Source of the DNA: an uncultured delta proteobacterium
Lineage (GTDB): Bacteria; Desulfobacterota; Binatia; DP-6
DNA length: 64,000 nt
Direction: 5' to 3'
Assembly (NCBI GenBank): GCA_963815115.1
Contig: CAWFFN010000008.1
Coordinates: 256,001-320,000, forward strand
Of the stretch, positions 60,427 to 64,000 are shown piece after piece (the stretch's first letter is position 1; the number at the start of each line of letters is the position of its first letter). Below the pieces are notes generated by a model, which was not told where the DNA came from, searched no databases, and saw only the letters and a list, made by a program, of their open reading frames with translations. The position numbers and the translations under genes are program-made.

Positions 60427-60822
60427 TCACCAGATCTGGCAGATCACCTCGCCGCCCACGCCCTGGCGGCGTGCCTCGCGGTCGGGGAGGATGCCCTTGG
60501 GCGTCGAGAGGATGCTGACGCCGAGCCCCCGGCGCACCGAGGGGATCTCGCCGCTTCCGACGTAGACGCGCAGGCTCGGACGGCTCACCCGGCGGATACC
60601 GGTGATCACCGGGTGGCGGGTCTGGTCGTAGCGCAGTCCGAGCCGCAGGGTGGGGAACTGCCCCTCCTGGACCATCGCGGCCTCGCCGAGGTAGCCCTCG
60701 TCGACGAGCACGCGCGCGATGGCCTCCTTGTGCCGGGACCACGGCACGTCGACGCTGGCCTTGCGCGCACCGGCGCCGTTGCGGATGCGCGTCAGCATGT
60801 CCGCGATGGGATCGGTCATCAT
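60427..60822 (-). CDS. rpsH: 30S ribosomal protein S8
   Basis: TDPIADMLTRIRN, SRPSLRVY, STPKG, VGGEV. Confidence 0.97.
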   Translation of the reverse strand: MMTDPIADMLTRIRNGAGARKASVDVPWSRHKEAIARVLVDEGYLGEAAMVQEGQFPTLRLGLRYDQTRHPVITGIRRVSRPSLRVYVGSGEIPSVRRGLGVSILSTPKGILPDREARRQGVGGEVICQIW

Positions 60823-60829
60823 GGGCGGA

Positions 60830-61015
60830 TCACCAGCTCGCCTTCACGAGACCCGGAATCTGCCCCTTGCGGGCGAGGCCGCGCAGGCAGAGGCGGCACA
60901 TCCGGAAGCGCCGGTAGAAGGCCCGCGGACGCCCGCAGAGCGGACAGCGGTTGTAGGCCCGGACCCGGAACTTCGGGGGCCGGGATGCTTTCACCATGAG
61001 ACAGGTCTTGGCCAT
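60830..61015 (-). CDS. rpsN: 30S ribosomal protein S14 type Z
   Basis: MAKT...[13 protein letters not shown]...MCRLCLR...IPGLVKASW. Confidence 0.96.
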   Translation of the reverse strand: MAKTCLMVKASRPPKFRVRAYNRCPLCGRPRAFYRRFRMCRLCLRGLARKGQIPGLVKASW

Positions 61016-61026
61016 GGATCGATCCT

Positions 61027-61569
61027 TCAGGCCCGGAAGGGCATGCCGAGGCCGCGCAGCAGCGCCTTGCCCTCGGCGTCGGTGCGAGCGGTGGTGCAAA
61101 TCACGATGGTCAGTCCTTTGATCTTGTCGACCTTGTCGAGGTTGATCTCCGGGAAGATCACCTGCTCCCGGAGTCCCAGCGAGTAGTTGCCGCGACCGTC
61201 GAAAGACCGGTCGGGCACTCCCTTGAAGTCGCGCACCCGTGGCAGCGCGGCAGCCACGAGCCGGTCGAGGAACTCGTACATGCGGTCGCCCCGCAACGTC
61301 ACCATGGTACCGATGGGCATCCCCTCGCGCAGCTTGAAGTTCGAGATCGCCTTCTTCGCCTTGGTGATCACCGGCTTCTGCCCGGCGATGGCGGTCAGCT
61401 CCTCCACCGCCGAGTCGATGATCTTCGGGTTCTGGACCGCCTCTCCCAGGCCCATGTTGAGGATGATCTTCTCGAGGCGCGGAACGGCCATGATGTTGCC
61501 GTAGCCGAGCTCGCGCATGAGCGCGGGGGCGACCTCGGAGCGGTATCGTTCGCGCAGGCGGGACGCCAT
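61027..61569 (-). CDS. rplE: 50S ribosomal protein L5
   Basis: [36 protein letters not shown]. Confidence 0.97.
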   Translation of the reverse strand: MASRLRERYRSEVAPALMRELGYGNIMAVPRLEKIILNMGLGEAVQNPKIIDSAVEELTAIAGQKPVITKAKKAISNFKLREGMPIGTMVTLRGDRMYEFLDRLVAAALPRVRDFKGVPDRSFDGRGNYSLGLREQVIFPEINLDKVDKIKGLTIVICTTARTDAEGKALLRGLGMPFRA

Positions 61570-61571
61570 GA

Positions 61572-61898
61572 TCACCCCTGCTCCAGCGTGTCGCCGCAGC
61601 GCCTGCACACGCGCACGCCGCGCCCGTCCTCGAGACGGCGGTGACCGATCCGCGCCGGCTTGTTGCACCGGGCGCAGAGCAGCACGACGTTCGAGGCGTG
61701 GACCGAGGCTTCCTTCTCGACGATGCCGCCCTGCTGCTGGACCCCGCGCGGCTTCACGTGCCGCTTGACCAGATTGAGGCGCTCGATCAGGACGCGGTCG
61801 CGCTCGCTCAGCACACGGAGAATCTTGCCCGTCTTGCCACGCTCGCGCCCGGCGATGACGATCACGGTGTCGTTCCTGCGCAGCCGCTGTACCGCCAT
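61572..61898 (-). CDS. rplX: 50S ribosomal protein L24
   Basis: [30 protein letters not shown]. Confidence 0.96.
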   Translation of the reverse strand: MAVQRLRRNDTVIVIAGRERGKTGKILRVLSERDRVLIERLNLVKRHVKPRGVQQQGGIVEKEASVHASNVVLLCARCNKPARIGHRRLEDGRGVRVCRRCGDTLEQG

Positions 61899-61900
61899 GC

Positions 61901-62269
61901 TCACAGCACCTCGGGCGCGAGCGAGATGATCTTCATGAACCGCTTCGCACGCAGCTCGCGAGCGACCGGGCCGAAGATACGCGTGCCCACCGGCTCGCGA
62001 GCGTTGTCGATGAGCACCGCCGAGTTGGTGTCGAACCGGATGTAGGAACCGTCGGTCCGCCCGATCTCCTTCGCGGTACGCACCACCACCGCCTTCATCA
62101 CGTCGCCCTTCTTCACCTTCGCGTTCGGGATGGCCTCCTTGACGGAGACCACGATGATGTCGCCGACCGAGGCGTACTTGCGGCGGCTGCCCCCGAGGAC
62201 CTTGATGCAGAGGACCTTCCGGGCACCGCTGTTGTCGGCCACGTCGAGCACGCTCTCGACCTGGATCAT
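61901..62269 (-). CDS. rplN: 50S ribosomal protein L14
   Basis: [29 protein letters not shown]. Confidence 0.98.
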   Translation of the reverse strand: MIQVESVLDVADNSGARKVLCIKVLGGSRRKYASVGDIIVVSVKEAIPNAKVKKGDVMKAVVVRTAKEIGRTDGSYIRFDTNSAVLIDNAREPVGTRIFGPVARELRAKRFMKIISLAPEVL

Positions 62270-62562
62270 CCCGGGATCCCCGGATCGGCGAGCGATTCGT
62301 TGCGCCCGAGCACTGCCTGCACCGTCCAGCGTTTCTGCGCCGACAGGGGCCGCGATTCGACGATGCGCACGCGGTCACCGACGCGACAGCGGTTGGTCTC
62401 GTCGTGCGCCTTGTAGCGAGCACGGCGGCGACGGAACTTGTGGTAGCGCTGGTGGCGCACGAGGCGCTCCACGACGACGACCACGGTCTTGTCCATCTTG
62501 TCGGACACCACCAGGCCGTCGCGCACCTTGCGCCGGGTCGTCGTCGTCGTCGGGGATGTCAT
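62266..62562 (-). CDS. rpsQ: 30S ribosomal protein S17
   Basis: [36 protein letters not shown]. Confidence 0.96.
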   Translation of the reverse strand: MTSPTTTTTRRKVRDGLVVSDKMDKTVVVVVERLVRHQRYHKFRRRRARYKAHDETNRCRVGDRVRIVESRPLSAQKRWTVQAVLGRNESLADPGIPG

Positions 62563-62765
62563 CGCACGCCTCCGGGCTCTGCCGTGCGCTCGCGCAGCAG
62601 CGTCTTCACGCGCGCCAGCGCCCGCCGTGCCTCGCGCATCTTCATGGGATCGGGCAGCTGCGCCGTGGCGCGCTTGAGCCGGAGATGAAAGACCTCGCCG
62701 ACCAGCTCGCGCTCGCGGGCGCGCAGCTCGTCGACGCTCAGCTCCTTCAGCTCCCGCAGCTTCAC
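62559..62765 (-). CDS. rpmC: 50S ribosomal protein L29
   Basis: [31 protein letters not shown]. Confidence 0.94.
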   Translation of the reverse strand: MKLRELKELSVDELRARERELVGEVFHLRLKRATAQLPDPMKMREARRALARVKTLLRERTAEPGGVR

Positions 62766-63184
62766 AGTGCGCCTCCCGCGTGGCGCTCGCGCACCTGCGT
62801 CGGCAGCGACAGCTTGGCGGCGGCCAGCTTGAGCGCCTGGCGAGCGGCGTCGCGCTCCACTCCCTCCATCTCGAAGAGCATGCGGCCGGGCTTGACCACC
62901 GCCACCCACATCTCGGGCGATCCCTTACCCTTGCCCATGCGCGTCTCCGCCGGCTTCTTGGTGAGCGGCTTGTCCGGGAACACCCGCACCCAGACGCGAC
63001 CGCCACGCTTGATCGCGCGCGTCAACGCGACGCGGGCCGCCTCGATCTCGCGAGCGCTCAGCCACCCGCGCTCGAGCGTCTGCAGCCCGTAGTCGCCGAA
63101 GGCGAGCGACGAGCCGCGCCACGCCGTGCCGCCGCGCCGGCCCTTCTGCATCTTGCGCCACTTGACCTTCTTGGGTGCGAGCAT
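62762..63184 (-). CDS. rplP: 50S ribosomal protein L16
   Basis: [30 protein letters not shown]. Confidence 0.98.
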   Translation of the reverse strand: MLAPKKVKWRKMQKGRRGGTAWRGSSLAFGDYGLQTLERGWLSAREIEAARVALTRAIKRGGRVWVRVFPDKPLTKKPAETRMGKGKGSPEMWVAVVKPGRMLFEMEGVERDAARQALKLAAAKLSLPTQVRERHAGGAL

Positions 63185-63196
63185 GACGGCGTCGAC

Positions 63197-63860
63197 TCAG
63201 GCGCCGGTGGCGGCGCGCTGCTCCTCCTCCTGGCGTGTCAGCACCTCGCCGCGGAAGATCCACACCCGGACGCCGATGATGCCGTGCGTGGTCTTGGCCT
63301 CGGCGAAGCCGTAGTTCACGTCGGCGCGCAGCGTGTGCAGCGGCACACGGCCCTCGCGATACCACTCCGTGCGGGCGATCTCCGATCCGCCGAGGCGGCC
63401 GGCCGACTGGATGCGGACTCCCTGTGCGCCCATCCGCATGGCGCGTGCGAGCGCTTCCTTCATCGCGCGGCGAAAGGCCACGCGCCGCTCGAGCTGGAGG
63501 GCGACGTTCTCCGCGACGAGCTGGGCGTCGACGTCCGGTCGGCGCACCTCGTGGATGTTGATGAAGGTCTCCTTCTTGGTGAGCCGCGACAGCTCCTGCT
63601 TGAGCTTCTCGATCTCGGCGCCCTTCTTGCCGATCACGATGCCGGGGCGCGCGGTGTGGATGTTGATCTTCGCCTTGTTCGCCGCGCGCTCGATGTCGAT
63701 CTTCGAGACGCCTGCGTGATAGAGCCGCTTCTTCAAGAAGTTCCGGGATCTTGATGTCCTCGTGCAGCAGGTCGGAATACTCGCGCCGCGCGAACCAGCG
63801 CGAATCCCAGTTCTCGGTGATGTTCAGCCGGAATCCCTTCGGATGGACCTTTTGTCCCAC
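63197..63860 (-). CDS. rpsC: 30S ribosomal protein S3, +1 frameshift at ~63746 (probable sequence error)
   Basis: [11 protein letters not shown]...LLHEDIKI in one frame; RNFLKKRL...[11 protein letters not shown]...[11 protein letters not shown] in the next. Confidence 0.95.
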
Positions 63861-63862
63861 GC

Positions 63863-64000
63863 TCAGGCCTCCGCGCCGCTGCGGCGCTCGTCGACGATCA
63901 CGGTGATGTGGCTGCTGCGCTTGAAGACGGGAGTGGCCCGACCATGTGCCCGCGGGGTGAAACGCTTCGCGGTGGGCCCCTCGTCCACCCATACCCGCTT
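63863..64000 (-). CDS. rplV: 50S ribosomal protein L22, C-terminal part (5' end outside window)
   Basis: Manual translation [45 protein letters not shown]. Confidence 0.95.
   Translation of the reverse strand, partial: KRVWVDEGPTAKRFTPRAHGRATPVFKRSSHITVIVDERRSGAEA

Noticed and set aside
63735-63755. Frameshift in rpsC as a pseudogene or programmed frameshift
   Set aside because: Essential gene, one extra base in a short G/C run, no slippery site; same error type as in trpE and lptD, so most likely a sequencing or assembly error

Overview
High-GC (roughly 70% by eye) Gram-negative chromosomal segment. The ribosomal proteins and the lptD/folC/trp context look deltaproteobacterial, possibly Ca. 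Binatia (inference only). Left to right: (1) ~1-17.5 kb, a surface-glycan locus with a Wzm/Wzt ABC exporter, five GT2 and two GT4 glycosyltransferases, rmlC/rmlD, an epimerase and two Thr-type sulfatase-like lipoproteins, built around a large Thr/Cys-rich secreted protein; (2) an M6 metalloprotease and a PKD lipoprotein in divergent orientation, then a ferredoxin-fusion/rimI/pyrD operon; (3) an xps-type type II secretion cluster (gspE-[AlkP]-F-G-H-I-J-K-L-M-C-like-D); (4) rmlB-gmd-rmd; (5) a long minus-strand run argS-like/SPOR/trpEGDCFBA/folC/lptD; (6) the alpha, spc and 3' S10 ribosomal operons. Most notable observations: an ArgRS paralog with an open ORF that has lost HIGH/KMSKS and much of its catalytic domain; a leaderless 22-aa W-L-W-R peptide directly upstream of it that may be a Trp-sensing leader for the downstream trp genes; a ~285-bp four-hairpin inverted-repeat element present twice with a compensatory base change; a ferredoxin-TM-Hsp20-like fusion next to a class-1 DHODH with Ser in place of the catalytic Cys. 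Single-base indels in rpsC, trpE, lptD and the Thr-rich gene point to assembly or read errors. No rRNA, tRNA, CRISPR array or transposase was seen.
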